Of a stretch of DNA of 53,371 nucleotides, positions 7,526 through 17,899 are shown in pieces (the stretch's first letter is position 1; every line of letters starts with the position of its first letter). A program made the translations under genes and the position numbers. The notes beneath the pieces are model-generated. The model had not been told where the DNA came from. It saw only the letters and a list, made by a program, of their open reading frames with translations, and did not search any database. This stretch comes from Elainellaceae cyanobacterium. Its GTDB lineage: Bacteria > Cyanobacteriota > Cyanobacteriia > CAZCXK01. Location of the stretch: NCBI GenBank assembly GCA_051117555.1, contig JBNPEG010000063.1, positions 1-53,371 on the forward strand, in the 5' to 3' direction.

Positions 7526-9550
7526 TTAACGTCGAACGCCTTCTTTAAGGGCAACTTCTTGCTCCAGCGACTCTAACATTCGGAGTAGAACGACCGCTGA
7601 ATCATAGGCCTCTCGAATTGACTCTTGCTGTTCGGCAGGGGTTTCGACAATATCGTCAACTACGAGCCCAAGCGCACCCAGCATCGAATTGAGATGGTTC
7701 CGAATCCCGTGAGACAGGGTGCTCAGCGATTTATTATTAGATACATTATTCGTCGGCTGCCCCTCTTCAGAGAACTGCATGTTGTATAGGCGAGCATAGT
7801 AGCCATTTTTCAACAGCAGTTCATCATGGGTTCCTACCTCCACAACCTTACCTCGATCAAGCACCGCAATCTGATCGGCATCTTGAATGGTAGAAAGACG
7901 ATGGGCAATCACTAACGTCGTGCAATCGCGACTGATTTCATCAATGGCAGCTTGCACTAACCGTTCAGACACCGTATCGAGGGCGCTTGTTGCCTCATCA
8001 AGAATAAGAATGTCTGCCTTCTTGAGCAATGCCCGAGCGATCGCCAGTCGCTGCCGCTGTCCTCCAGAAAGCATAACGCCGCGATCGCCAATGACTGTCT
8101 CAAGCTCTTGAGGCAACTGCACAATAAACTCATAGGCATTCGCTCGCTTAATTGCATCTAAAATTTCATCATCGGTTGCATCACTGCGAGCATAGGCAAT
8201 GTTATTGCGAATCGTCTCATTAAAAAGAAAAGCATCCTGACTTACGATCCCCATCGACCGCCTCAACGTTTTTAGGTCAAATTCTTTCAAATCGATTCCA
8301 TCGATGCAGATGCGTCCCGCTGTTGGATCATAAAATCGAGGCAACAAATCCGCCAATGTCGATTTTCCTGCCCCTGAAGCGCCTACCAGCGCTAGCGTCT
8401 TACCTTTAGGCAAAAATAGATTGACATCGGTTAAGACTGCATCCGAACTCTCCGGATAAGCAAACGAAATATGATCGAAATGGATGCCTTCCTCTAATGA
8501 TTTGTAGGAGCGATGTCCATTCTCCATAAATGATTTATTGCTTCGACGGAGAAAATCAGACACCACATCTACGCTGGCAGAGAAGTTGGCAAACTGACTT
8601 CGAGCACCGTTGAGTTGAGAGAAAAAAGGGATAAGTCGTAATAGCAGCATTAAATAGACGAGCAACCCCGCTGCCACTTCTCGAAGCTGCCCGCTAAAGA
8701 AAGTCCGTCCTAAGAAGACAATAACAATTAGGGCAATAATACCGGAGACTTCGCTGATTGGACCAATCGCAGCAGAATTAGCCTGCGATTGAAAGTCAAG
8801 TTTCTCTCGCTGACGAATTAAACGAACAATTTCGTTATATTCTCGATCCTCATTTACCGTTTCTTTGATAAGCCGAATGCCTGACAATGACTCTGTTAAC
8901 CGGATTGAATATGCCTTAGATAGTTCAGATAATCGTCGTCCAAAAGTCTTGGCTCGATTGATGTAATACTGATTCAGCCATTGAATCATTCCAAGAAGAA
9001 CGGTCGATGTAGCGGTCAATTGCCAAGACATGAAGACTAGCACCACCACAAAGAAGGCAATCGTTACAGCACTGTTAATCATGCGAATCACTGCGCTGAT
9101 TGATCCGGCTGCACGACCAATTTCGGTATTGATTCGATTTAGGATATCTCCGACCCGAGTTTTGCAAAAATAGTCAAAGTCAACCTCAAGCAACATTTTC
9201 AATGCCTGTTCTCGAAGATCGGCAACCAATGCCCGCTTTAACGCACCTGAGGTTAGCGTGCTCATATAAGAAGTAAGATTCTTTAGGCCGATTGCCAGCA
9301 GAATTGCCCCGGTCATCACCGCTAGTCGATATTCTTTAGGAATGTCATCAAAGGGGAACAAAATTGCTTTGATGAAGGGAGGAGCAGTTCCTAAATCGAT
9401 ATTTTGATCCAAGATGCTTAAAACAACTGGAACAATCAATACCGTGCTAACCCCATTAAATAGGGCGCTGGAAAACCCCAAAATAATATTCACAGCAACC
9501 CAACCTGGATAGCGCTGAGTTAGCTTTAGAAGGAGGGCGTTTCGAGACAT
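7526..9550 (-). CDS. ABC exporter, fused TM+ATPase (HepA/MsbA-like), with C-terminal HisKA-like extension
   Basis: Walker A GASGAGKST, signature LSGGQRQR, Walker B ILILDEATSALD, about 6 TM helices, and a ~75-aa extra tail. Confidence 0.92.
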   Translation of the reverse strand: MSRNALLLKLTQRYPGWVAVNIILGFSSALFNGVSTVLIVPVVLSILDQNIDLGTAPPFIKAILFPFDDIPKEYRLAVMTGAILLAIGLKNLTSYMSTLTSGALKRALVADLREQALKMLLEVDFDYFCKTRVGDILNRINTEIGRAAGSISAVIRMINSAVTIAFFVVVLVFMSWQLTATSTVLLGMIQWLNQYYINRAKTFGRRLSELSKAYSIRLTESLSGIRLIKETVNEDREYNEIVRLIRQREKLDFQSQANSAAIGPISEVSGIIALIVIVFLGRTFFSGQLREVAAGLLVYLMLLLRLIPFFSQLNGARSQFANFSASVDVVSDFLRRSNKSFMENGHRSYKSLEEGIHFDHISFAYPESSDAVLTDVNLFLPKGKTLALVGASGAGKSTLADLLPRFYDPTAGRICIDGIDLKEFDLKTLRRSMGIVSQDAFLFNETIRNNIAYARSDATDDEILDAIKRANAYEFIVQLPQELETVIGDRGVMLSGGQRQRLAIARALLKKADILILDEATSALDTVSERLVQAAIDEISRDCTTLVIAHRLSTIQDADQIAVLDRGKVVEVGTHDELLLKNGYYARLYNMQFSEEGQPTNNVSNNKSLSTLSHGIRNHLNSMLGALGLVVDDIVETPAEQQESIREAYDSAVVLLRMLESLEQEVALKEGVRR

Positions 9551-9714
9551 GCGGTGGTGGTGGTAATTTGGGCAATGCTAACAAATGAACTTGAAACCAA
9601 TCTATACGATAACTGCGATAAGTAACCTGATCAGACTGACGGTAACTGCTGAACAATAAATTCAAATTTTTGAATACGAGTTGTTAACAAAATCAACCTG
9701 ATTTGTACAGAATT

Positions 9715-10593
9715 TCAATGCTTTAAGCTAGATTTGGCGACGGTCTTTACATCACCAGCCTTACTCGAACGCCACGGATTTTTAACCTGGTTAGGCAATA
9801 GAAAACTGGCTACTTTATCAAAAATTCGTGTATAGATTGAGCGGGTTATATCTTTTGCATACTGAGGACGATATGGATAGGTTGCGTGCAATACCTTGAT
9901 CGGTTCATCTGAATTGAGCTGATAGTGATTTTTCCATTTCGTTAAGAAATTATAGGTAGGTGGCAAGACTTTCATCGGGGGATTCACCGAGGCGATCGCC
10001 GCTGCCAGTGCGCCCTGATCCCTCAAGCGTAAGCTATCTTGGTGTTCAACAATTCGCTCAAAATACTGATGAAATTCATTAAATAATTGCTGGATGGGTG
10101 GAGCCTTCTTAAACGCCATGAATCCGCCGTTATATTGAACACTGGTTTCGTTTAGAGGTAGACCCGCAGCCTGTAGGGTATGCAATATAGACTTTTTGCT
10201 TCGAATTAAATTTGACGCCTTTGCAATAGAGGGTTGAACATCCTCAGTAATTAAAAAATCAACCTGATCTAATTCATCAAAGACTTCATTAATATTTGCC
10301 ATCAAACAAATATCTGAATCCAAATAAATTGTTTTTTCAAAGGGAGATGCTTTATAGAGCGCCAGCTTTGCTTGCCTTGATGCAAGTACCGGGTTGGGAT
10401 GAGACGGCGCAGCCTGAATTTTGACACCCCCAAATGCCCAAAGCAGCGGATATAAAATCCAAGGCACTTGATCGACTAATATCACGATTGGTTCATCGTG
10501 AAATTTCCTGACAGATGCTAAGAAATGAACACAGTCTTGAAACGAATAAAGCCCTGTCAGAATAGTGATGAATCCTTGCTGCTGAGAGGTCAT
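9715..10593 (-). CDS. Putative GT-A (GT8-like) glycosyltransferase
   Basis: KTIYLDSDICL (DxD), YNGGFMAF and DQGAL motifs. ATG at 10593 chosen. Confidence 0.7.
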   Translation of the reverse strand: MTSQQQGFITILTGLYSFQDCVHFLASVRKFHDEPIVILVDQVPWILYPLLWAFGGVKIQAAPSHPNPVLASRQAKLALYKASPFEKTIYLDSDICLMANINEVFDELDQVDFLITEDVQPSIAKASNLIRSKKSILHTLQAAGLPLNETSVQYNGGFMAFKKAPPIQQLFNEFHQYFERIVEHQDSLRLRDQGALAAAIASVNPPMKVLPPTYNFLTKWKNHYQLNSDEPIKVLHATYPYRPQYAKDITRSIYTRIFDKVASFLLPNQVKNPWRSSKAGDVKTVAKSSLKH

Positions 10594-10711
10594 AGTGATG
10601 CCATTAGAATTACAGATTCTGAGCAGTAACACCGCACTCGATGACACGGAAATTAAACCTATTGACGATTTAGCTCAGTCATACAATCATATGTTTTACA
10701 AATAGTCTGAA

Positions 10712-11902
10712 TTACAACCTAACTGTTAATGTTTTGAGCAACTCAGCCAGTGTAGTCGCCATAGAATTAACGCTATAGGATTGGACGCATTTTTCTCTTG
10801 CCTGGATTCCTTTTTGATAAGCCTCATCTAAATCTTCAAAAATAAGTTTAATGCAGTCAGCAATTTGATCTGGGCTATCGGGATCAACGAGATACCCCGT
10901 ATTCTCTAAAATATCTGGAATATCTCCTACTCGCGTTGAAAGCACAGGCTTTGCCATCGCCATTCCATCCGTGAGCTTCAATGGAAACTGTGACTGAGCC
11001 GTTAACGTGTCACGCTGCGGAACGACAATCACGTGAGCTGCGGCCAAAATCTCGGGCATCATTTCCACAGAACATCGGGGAAGCTTAACAATCCAGCGTC
11101 CCCATGTTTCGATCAGATAATCATCGTAGTCATCGTAGGGACTGCCTCCGACAATGACAAGTCTTAAATCGGGTTGATCAAGCCGATCGAGCGCTATTAA
11201 AACGTCTTCCAACCCCTTGTGAGGTCGAGGAGCTCCGGGAAACATTAAAATTCGATATCCGTCTAAGCCGTGTTTGAGTCTACTTTGATGGATATCGTAT
11301 GGATCTGGATCAAACAAATCGGTATCTTTACCGTTTGGTAAATAGATACCTCCGAATCGATTCTTTAAGAATTGAGTGTCAAGCGTAATCGCATCCGCCA
11401 ATGAAACCCAGTTTTCAATCCATTTGACATACAGAGGATGATCGGGATTGCGAAGAGCCCCATTCGGTTTAAGAATATCCCGGGCGAATTGTTTAAGAGA
11501 GGGTTGGTATGTCCACTGATCCCCCCCGTGCCAGCTCATCTCCCAATCATCCATATCGAGTAACAGCGGGCGGCGAGTTCTCAGTTTTTTGAGAAGTGAA
11601 ATACCAAAACTGGTTGGTTTAGGTTTAACCGCATATACGATATCGCCACTAAGGTGCCTTAGCATTTGTCCGACTGATTCGAGGCATCGAGGATATGAGA
11701 ACCCGGGTATTGATGTAACCTGCATTCCAGACGGAGGGGCGGCATACAATTCTTTACCAAACAAAAAGCCAACAATTTCTATTTCGAGATTCAGTTTCTG
11801 TAAAACCTGCGCTAGCAAGTAGGCCCGAACAGTTCCGCCACCAGCCAAATCGCTGACAACGAGTGAAATTTTGTGCTTCTTAATCGGGGTAGGTGATCCC
11901 AT
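10712..11902 (-). CDS. GT4 glycosyltransferase
   Basis: GAPRPHKGLED and FPLKLTDGMAMAKPVLSTRVGDIP. Confidence 0.9.
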   Translation of the reverse strand: MGSPTPIKKHKISLVVSDLAGGGTVRAYLLAQVLQKLNLEIEIVGFLFGKELYAAPPSGMQVTSIPGFSYPRCLESVGQMLRHLSGDIVYAVKPKPTSFGISLLKKLRTRRPLLLDMDDWEMSWHGGDQWTYQPSLKQFARDILKPNGALRNPDHPLYVKWIENWVSLADAITLDTQFLKNRFGGIYLPNGKDTDLFDPDPYDIHQSRLKHGLDGYRILMFPGAPRPHKGLEDVLIALDRLDQPDLRLVIVGGSPYDDYDDYLIETWGRWIVKLPRCSVEMMPEILAAAHVIVVPQRDTLTAQSQFPLKLTDGMAMAKPVLSTRVGDIPDILENTGYLVDPDSPDQIADCIKLIFEDLDEAYQKGIQAREKCVQSYSVNSMATTLAELLKTLTVRL

Positions 11903-11905
11903 AAC

Positions 11906-12943
11906 TCATGAATTGACTGAATCAGAGCGAGTCGTTTTAGAGACTTTAAGCATCGACGCAAGAATCGATAACATCTTGCGCGATCGCGGTCCTCGATACC
12001 GCTCATAGAACAAGAAGCTAGGAAAGATACACCTTAGTCGATACACGAGCTGTAACCAGAACCTGCTAGAAACTTTGACCTTTCCGTTTAACAACTCAAT
12101 AGGGAATTGGGCTAAGCTTGCCAGTCGAGCGACGTTCGATTCATCTCTTTCTTCAAGTGATTTCTCAAGCAGAAATTGCACACTGAGTTGACACAGAGGA
12201 ATCAATTCAGCATGGCGATTGCAGACTATTTCAAAGTACTTTACATAGGATTCCCGCATCAGGGAATTGTTATCTGTCAAATTAAACGAGTGCTTTCGGT
12301 AATATGCCCCAATGGTTGGTGCGTAAATGAACGGAATATTTTGCAGCAAAAGCTCCAACACAAACTCTCTGTCCTCACATGCTTTTAACCGGGGATCAAA
12401 CGATTTTTCCTCTAAAAGAGTTTTTTTGAAGAGCATTGCCTGTTGAAGCAGCGGGAATGGGGAATTTGCCAGAAAATCGGGACAAACCAGTAGTCGTTCA
12501 ACTAACTGAGCCTTTGGTAGCAACCCTATTGTCTGGATTTGGGTTCGAACGAGCTGTTCATTACGATTAAAGAAAACGCGTTCATAATCTGAATAGATTA
12601 CGGCTGTTTGTTGAACAGAGGTTAGGCAACTCAGCTGAAATCGAATTTTATCAGGATGAAGCCAATCATCGGCGTCTAAAAATTGAATCCACTCACCTGA
12701 CGCTTTTCCTGCTCCAAAGTTGCGTGCAGACGAAACGCCACCATTTGGCTTATAAAAATACTGAATAGTTGGGCAGTCGTGAATGAGGGTTTTGATTACC
12801 TGTTGGGTATGATCGGTCGATCCATCATCGACAATAATGCATTCTATATGAGGAAACGTCTGAGAAAGGACACTCCTAATCGCTTGCTCAAGGTATTGAG
12901 CTTTATTGAATGTAGTAATGACAACGGATACGGTTGTCTCCAT
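11906..12943 (-). CDS. GT2 glycosyltransferase
   Basis: VSVVITTFN, IVDDGSTD, GVSSARN and FLDADD. Confidence 0.93.
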   Translation of the reverse strand: METTVSVVITTFNKAQYLEQAIRSVLSQTFPHIECIIVDDGSTDHTQQVIKTLIHDCPTIQYFYKPNGGVSSARNFGAGKASGEWIQFLDADDWLHPDKIRFQLSCLTSVQQTAVIYSDYERVFFNRNEQLVRTQIQTIGLLPKAQLVERLLVCPDFLANSPFPLLQQAMLFKKTLLEEKSFDPRLKACEDREFVLELLLQNIPFIYAPTIGAYYRKHSFNLTDNNSLMRESYVKYFEIVCNRHAELIPLCQLSVQFLLEKSLEERDESNVARLASLAQFPIELLNGKVKVSSRFWLQLVYRLRCIFPSFLFYERYRGPRSRKMLSILASMLKVSKTTRSDSVNS

Positions 12944-13059
12944 TCTCTAAATCCCTTAATAAACCTGATTTTGGGTTTCTGACGATCGCGACTAGTTCAG
13001 AATCGTGATCTCCTGAGATTAAATACAAAAGAACTCAACACCATTACGCAACGCTTGGA

Positions 13060-14157
13060 TTATTGAGTAATCACATCCTGAAAATCATGGACTGAAGACG
13101 ATGACTGCTCACGACGGGTCGGCGGTGTTGGATCAGCGAGATTTGAAGGAATACCGGCTTTAGGAAACGTCAGATAGAGTACACCCTCTTCAAGTACCAT
13201 CCGAAGCCAGCTTGGACACCCGCGACTTTGACAAAACTTGAGAATTTCCCGATAAAAACTCCCCTCAGCGGTTGACCATTGTGCAGGGAGTTGACGATTT
13301 TGAATGACCCATTTCCAAATCGACCAAAAGGACGGATCATTCTTGGCTAGGTTCCACTTTTTAACCGTTTTTCGAAACACGGCTCTAACGGACGATTCAC
13401 TCCACTTAAAGCGATAGAACGGTAAATCATCTCGCTCAAATTGAGTAATTTGTCGAGGATTGAGAAAAATGACTCTAGAGCGGGGTTCAAGAAAGATTGT
13501 TTCGCCAAGAGCTTTTGCTTGTAGGCACAAATCGGTATGGCTTGCTAAGCTATCGAATACTTCATCTAGCGTCACTGCATCGAGTAGCGATCGCCTTGCC
13601 AGAATGCAATGAAATTCAACTGAATCAACGGGAGTTCGACATAGGTCAGACTCAACATCATGCAGCTTACGCGCATACAAGATTTGCTTCTGTTCAAACC
13701 ATTGCCTACCCGATTTCTTCGTCCGAAAGGTCGTCTTGATTCCAGCGACATGGACTTCAATATTCGGATCGTTGGGTTGTCCTTGAAGAATTAGCGGCGT
13801 AACAATCCCGGCTTTCTCTTCTTCTGCACAATCTACGAGCGGCTGAAGCCATCCCGGTTCGACAATATCATCATTGTCTAAGAAGACGACATAGTCAGTA
13901 TTCGTCGCATGAGGCAGCGCAATATTACGAGCTTCATTCGATCGCAAGAAGCGATCGCGACGAATGAGCGTCATGAAATTATAGTGTCTGGACTGTTCTC
14001 GTAAATATTCCGCGATATGGGGCGGGCTGTGACCATCGACATAAATCAAATCAAATGGATATGCCGCATAATCAGCAAGAATACTCTCAAGCGATGGCTT
14101 GGTTAAGCTAAATCGCTCTCTTTGAGTCACAATCAACGTTATACGAGGCTGGCTCAT
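13060..14157 (-). CDS. GT2 glycosyltransferase
   Basis: LIYVDGHSP, NEARNIA and VVFLDNDDIVEPGWL. ATG at 14157 chosen. Confidence 0.85.
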   Translation of the reverse strand: MSQPRITLIVTQRERFSLTKPSLESILADYAAYPFDLIYVDGHSPPHIAEYLREQSRHYNFMTLIRRDRFLRSNEARNIALPHATNTDYVVFLDNDDIVEPGWLQPLVDCAEEEKAGIVTPLILQGQPNDPNIEVHVAGIKTTFRTKKSGRQWFEQKQILYARKLHDVESDLCRTPVDSVEFHCILARRSLLDAVTLDEVFDSLASHTDLCLQAKALGETIFLEPRSRVIFLNPRQITQFERDDLPFYRFKWSESSVRAVFRKTVKKWNLAKNDPSFWSIWKWVIQNRQLPAQWSTAEGSFYREILKFCQSRGCPSWLRMVLEEGVLYLTFPKAGIPSNLADPTPPTRREQSSSSVHDFQDVITQ

Positions 14158-14198
14158 AGAGGTTTTAACGGTTGAGGTCAATTAGGTCTTACACAGTC

Positions 14199-14288
14199 TA
14201 TAGCCCTACGGGCTCAGATTTGTGTGGTGCCCCCCGCGGCGCGGGACACCACACGTTCAACGTCCTAACGTAAGAGCGTACGGCTATA
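14199..14288 (-). mobile_element. ~90-bp MITE-like dispersed repeat, copy 2 (reverse)
   Basis: TATAGCCCTACG...CGTACGGCTATA ends; reverse complement aligns with copies 1 and 3. Confidence 0.85.
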
Positions 14289-14495
14289 GTAATCATGGTC
14301 AGGTATCTAGTCGTGTTAAGGCGCGGGTTATCAAGAAAATTAGGTGAATCTATATTTATTTTTTATGAAGCCTAAATAAATTTCTAGCAAAATAAAATTT
14401 GAGCCTGCGGCTTCGCCCACGTCTTCATTACTCGCTACGATGACTTACTTTCAGGAATTTAATGAGAACTCCCGACAGGGATTGGCGAAACATCG

Positions 14496-15497
14496 TTATG
14501 ACTGATGGCGATGTTGGTGCCACTGCCAGGCATGAGAAATAATCGTGTCGAGATTAGAATACTTGGGATGCCATTTCAGGATCGCTTGTGCCTTCTCACT
14601 ACTTCCGACCAGTGCCGGTGGATCTCCTGGACGGCGATCGCATTCAACGGCATTAATTGGCCTTCCTGTAATACTTCGTGCGCTTTCAATCACCTCTCTA
14701 ACCGAAAATCCGTTGCCGTTCCCTAAGTTGAAGACCTGGCTAGTAGGGTGGGTGAGCAAGTGCTCTAACCCCAACACATGAGCATTGGCAAGATCAGCGA
14801 CATGAATATAATCCCGAATGCACGTTTTATCGGGAGTTGGGTAGTCAGTCCCGAAGATTGAAATCGACTCTCGTAGACCTAGAGCCGTTTGAAGTACAAG
14901 TGGAATCAGATGAGTCTCAGGAGAATGATCTTCTCCTAAGCGCCCATCCGGATCGGCACCTGCCGCATTAAAATAGCGGAAACAGACTGATTTTAAGCCG
15001 TAAGCACGGTCGAAATCAGCCAGAATCCGCTCTACCATAAGCTTGGTAACGCCGTAGGGATTAATCGGATTTTGAGGATGGTCTTCTCCAATGGGCACCC
15101 CTTTAGGAATGCCATAGGTCGCACAGGTTGACGAGAACACAAGCGTGTTGATTGATGCGGCAACCATTGCCTCAAGTAACGTTAAGGTGCCCACTACGTT
15201 ATTTCGGTAGTATTTTGCGGGATTAGTGACTGATTCTCCTACATAGGCATAGGCCGCAAAGTGCATCACCGCACTGATATCGTGGGTCGCAAACAGATGA
15301 TCTAAAAGCGGGCGATCGCCTATGTCTCCGACGACTAGCTCAACATCCAGCACAGTTTCGACCAAATCTCGATGACCATAAACCAAATTGTCTAAGACAA
15401 TAACGGTGTAGCCTGCCTGCTTGAGCGCCAAAACTGCGTGTGAGCCGATATAGCCTGCGCCTCCAGTAACCAGTACAGTCTGAATTGGTTGAGACAC
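14496..15497 (-). CDS. galE: UDP-glucose 4-epimerase
   Basis: GGAGYIGSH, FSSTCATYG, YGVTK (YxxxK), RYFNAAGAD and CIRDYIHV. Confidence 0.97.
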   Translation of the reverse strand: MSQPIQTVLVTGGAGYIGSHAVLALKQAGYTVIVLDNLVYGHRDLVETVLDVELVVGDIGDRPLLDHLFATHDISAVMHFAAYAYVGESVTNPAKYYRNNVVGTLTLLEAMVAASINTLVFSSTCATYGIPKGVPIGEDHPQNPINPYGVTKLMVERILADFDRAYGLKSVCFRYFNAAGADPDGRLGEDHSPETHLIPLVLQTALGLRESISIFGTDYPTPDKTCIRDYIHVADLANAHVLGLEHLLTHPTSQVFNLGNGNGFSVREVIESARSITGRPINAVECDRRPGDPPALVGSSEKAQAILKWHPKYSNLDTIISHAWQWHQHRHQS

Positions 15498-15665
15498 GTC
15501 AATACCTCGCTTTAAGTTTTCATTGAGTGCGATGACCTTAATCGTAAGATTGAGCGAATTGCTGTTGAATCTCCTAACTCCGAAATCTCCTGACTATGGT
15601 AGAGACTAATCTGACTATTGGAGAGGTTCCAGGATTGAGGCAACGCGCTACACTCAAAACTGATC

Positions 15666-15887
15666 TCAATCTACGATTTTGAGGCGACCTGTTTGGGCGT
15701 AATCAAAAATCTGATTAATTTGACGGCGCTCTTCACTCGTCATTCGGGCATTCGACAAAAGGGCAGTCGCTAGCGTCAGATAACTGTCGCGACTAATTTT
15801 GCCAGATGAAACGACTTGACTCACGATGTTTGGAATTGCTCTCTCTCTATTAGTTTGGCTAGGTCGACTTCGATTCATTTGCACCAT
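15666..15887 (-). CDS. Small hypothetical protein (73 aa)
   Basis: Clean ORF filling the intergenic gap, helical amphipathic pattern; resembles small conserved cyanobacterial proteins. Confidence 0.65.
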   Translation of the reverse strand: MVQMNRSRPSQTNRERAIPNIVSQVVSSGKISRDSYLTLATALLSNARMTSEERRQINQIFDYAQTGRLKIVD

Positions 15888-16059
15888 ATAGCTGACATCC
15901 CACTATAGTAAATGGGACTTTTTTACCTGTATTTATCCATTCTTCCCACCAATTTGTCTTAATAGGCAAAGCTCCAATAAGCGGACTGTAAAGAGTCAAT
16001 AAAAATTTTCTGTTACGTGACGTATAAACACCACAAACTTACTGAGGAGGTAAATAGAC

Positions 16060-16833
16060 GTGGACATTTATCGGCTTCCCGCACTCTCAGATAACTACAT
16101 CTTCATCCTTCACGACACTCACAATCGAGTCGCGGCAGTCGTTGATCCAGCAGAAGCACAGCCAGTGCTGCGGTGCTTAAGTGAATTGAATGCTGAACTG
16201 GTTGCCATTTTCAATACTCATCATCACAGCGATCATGTGGGCGGCAATTCTCGACTATTACAGGTGTATCCTCAGGCAATTGTCTATGGAGGAATTCAGG
16301 ATCGAGGACGGATTCCTGGACAACAGGTATTTCTTAATGAGGGGGATCAGGTTGAATTTGCCAATCGCATTGCAGACGTATTCTTCGTGCCTGGCCATAC
16401 GAAAGCTCATATCGCGTATTATTTTCCGGCTGATCAGGCGAATGATACGGGTGAACTTTTTTGCGGTGATACTCTGTTTGCGGGAGGATGTGGTCGATTA
16501 TTTGAAGGCACCCCGTCCCAAATGGTCAATTCTCTAAGCAAAATTAGACAGTTACCGGATCAAACACGAATTTGGTGCGCCCATGAATATACGCTCAAAA
16601 ATCTTCGGTTTGCATTGACGATAGATCCGGATAATTGTGAGCTAAGAGAACGATTTGATGCGGTTAAGACAGCGCGTCAACGAGGAGAATCGACTATTCC
16701 ATCGAAGCTAGAGGTTGAAAAGCTTACTAATCCATTTATCAGATGGGATCAGCCTGCAATGCAGTCCGCGGCGAGTAGTCATGATCCAACTGAGATATTT
16801 GCTCAAATTCGCAGCATGAAGGATCGGTTTTAG
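16060..16833 (+). CDS. gloB: Hydroxyacylglutathione hydrolase (glyoxalase II)
   Basis: [32 protein letters not shown] and CAHEYT; GAGGAGG RBS before the GTG. Confidence 0.96.
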   Translation: MDIYRLPALSDNYIFILHDTHNRVAAVVDPAEAQPVLRCLSELNAELVAIFNTHHHSDHVGGNSRLLQVYPQAIVYGGIQDRGRIPGQQVFLNEGDQVEFANRIADVFFVPGHTKAHIAYYFPADQANDTGELFCGDTLFAGGCGRLFEGTPSQMVNSLSKIRQLPDQTRIWCAHEYTLKNLRFALTIDPDNCELRERFDAVKTARQRGESTIPSKLEVEKLTNPFIRWDQPAMQSAASSHDPTEIFAQIRSMKDRF

Positions 16834-16884
16834 GGCATGAGGCAAATTTAGGATACGAGACAAAAACCGGGCGATCGCAAGACA

Positions 16885-16979
16885 TATAGCAATGTGCAAT
16901 TGCGTCGAGTGCAGAAGCAGTGGTGTGGGGCGCGCCGTGTCTTATACCACCGTATTCAACCCAAGCGCATACGGCTATA
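16885..16979. mobile_element. 95-bp MITE-like element with TATAGC...GCTATA ends (diverged relative of the ~90-bp family)
   Basis: Ends TATAGCAATGTGC / GCATACGGCTATA and a central GTGGTGT...ATACCAC hairpin. Confidence 0.55.
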
Positions 16980-17219
16980 GGTTGCAATCAGACAACAAGG
17001 TTCGCTAGGATGATGTGTCTGGTTAGGAATCGCCTAGCCTTTCTTTTGATGAGAGTTGGATGTCAGAATTAGTGGTGTTGAATAGCGAGTTTATTTGACG
17101 CCTATATCCGGCATTTACACGATGAGATGCGCATCTCTAACGTGCTAAATAGTACGACTCTGGTTCAGTGCTTTTAGATTCTCTCATAGCCTTGAATTAG
17201 TAAATACAACGGAAGCACT

Positions 17220-17678
17220 ATGGCAAAGCGTGTTCAATTAGTTTTGAATCAAGATGTTCGCAAGCTAGGAAAAGAGGGCGATTTAGTCGATGTAGCTCCT
17301 GGTTATGCTCGGAATTATCTGATTCCTCAAGGAATTGCGGTTCGCACCACGCCTGGTATTTTGAAGCAGGTGGAGCGACGTCGTGAAGAAGAAAGACAGC
17401 GAATTTTAGAAGAAAAACGTCAGGCTGAATCCCTTAAAACAGCTCTACGAACAATCGGACGCTTTACGATTCGTAAGCAGGTGGGTGAAGGAGAGGCCAT
17501 TTTTGGTACAGTCACCGATCGGGATGTTGCCGAGGTCATCCAGGAAACTGCGAATCAGGATATCGATCGCCATGCGATTACAGTTCCGGACATCAACAAG
17601 CTTGGGTTTTACACGGTGCAGATTAAACTTCATCCGGAAGTGACAGCGGATGTCGAAATCCAGGTGGCTGCTAAGTAG
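17220..17678 (+). CDS. rplI: 50S ribosomal protein L9
   Basis: [21 protein letters not shown] and IKLHPEV. Confidence 0.98.
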   Translation: MAKRVQLVLNQDVRKLGKEGDLVDVAPGYARNYLIPQGIAVRTTPGILKQVERRREEERQRILEEKRQAESLKTALRTIGRFTIRKQVGEGEAIFGTVTDRDVAEVIQETANQDIDRHAITVPDINKLGFYTVQIKLHPEVTADVEIQVAAK

Positions 17679-17758
17679 GTTCTAACAAGGCTGCCTCCGG
17701 AATAGAGACAGCGGTTTTTATATAATGTGGCTGCTTTGCCAACGCATTTAATCATACG

Positions 17759-17806
17759 GAGGGTTAGGAAACACCATGTATGGTGCTCTTACCCTCTTAA
17801 TTTTTT
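17759..17806 (+). terminator. Putative intrinsic terminator or stem-loop between rplI and dnaB
   Basis: GAGGGT..CACCAT/ATGGTG..ACCCTC stem followed by a T-rich tract. A second hairpin plus T-run lies at 17690-17719. Confidence 0.5.
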
Positions 17807-17899
17807 GGAACCGATAGCATAGGATGGAATGCTAGCCTCCAGATCATTCTCAATATGAATGATCAGCTTTATTTATGACGCGTCTTTATTATCGTTGCC

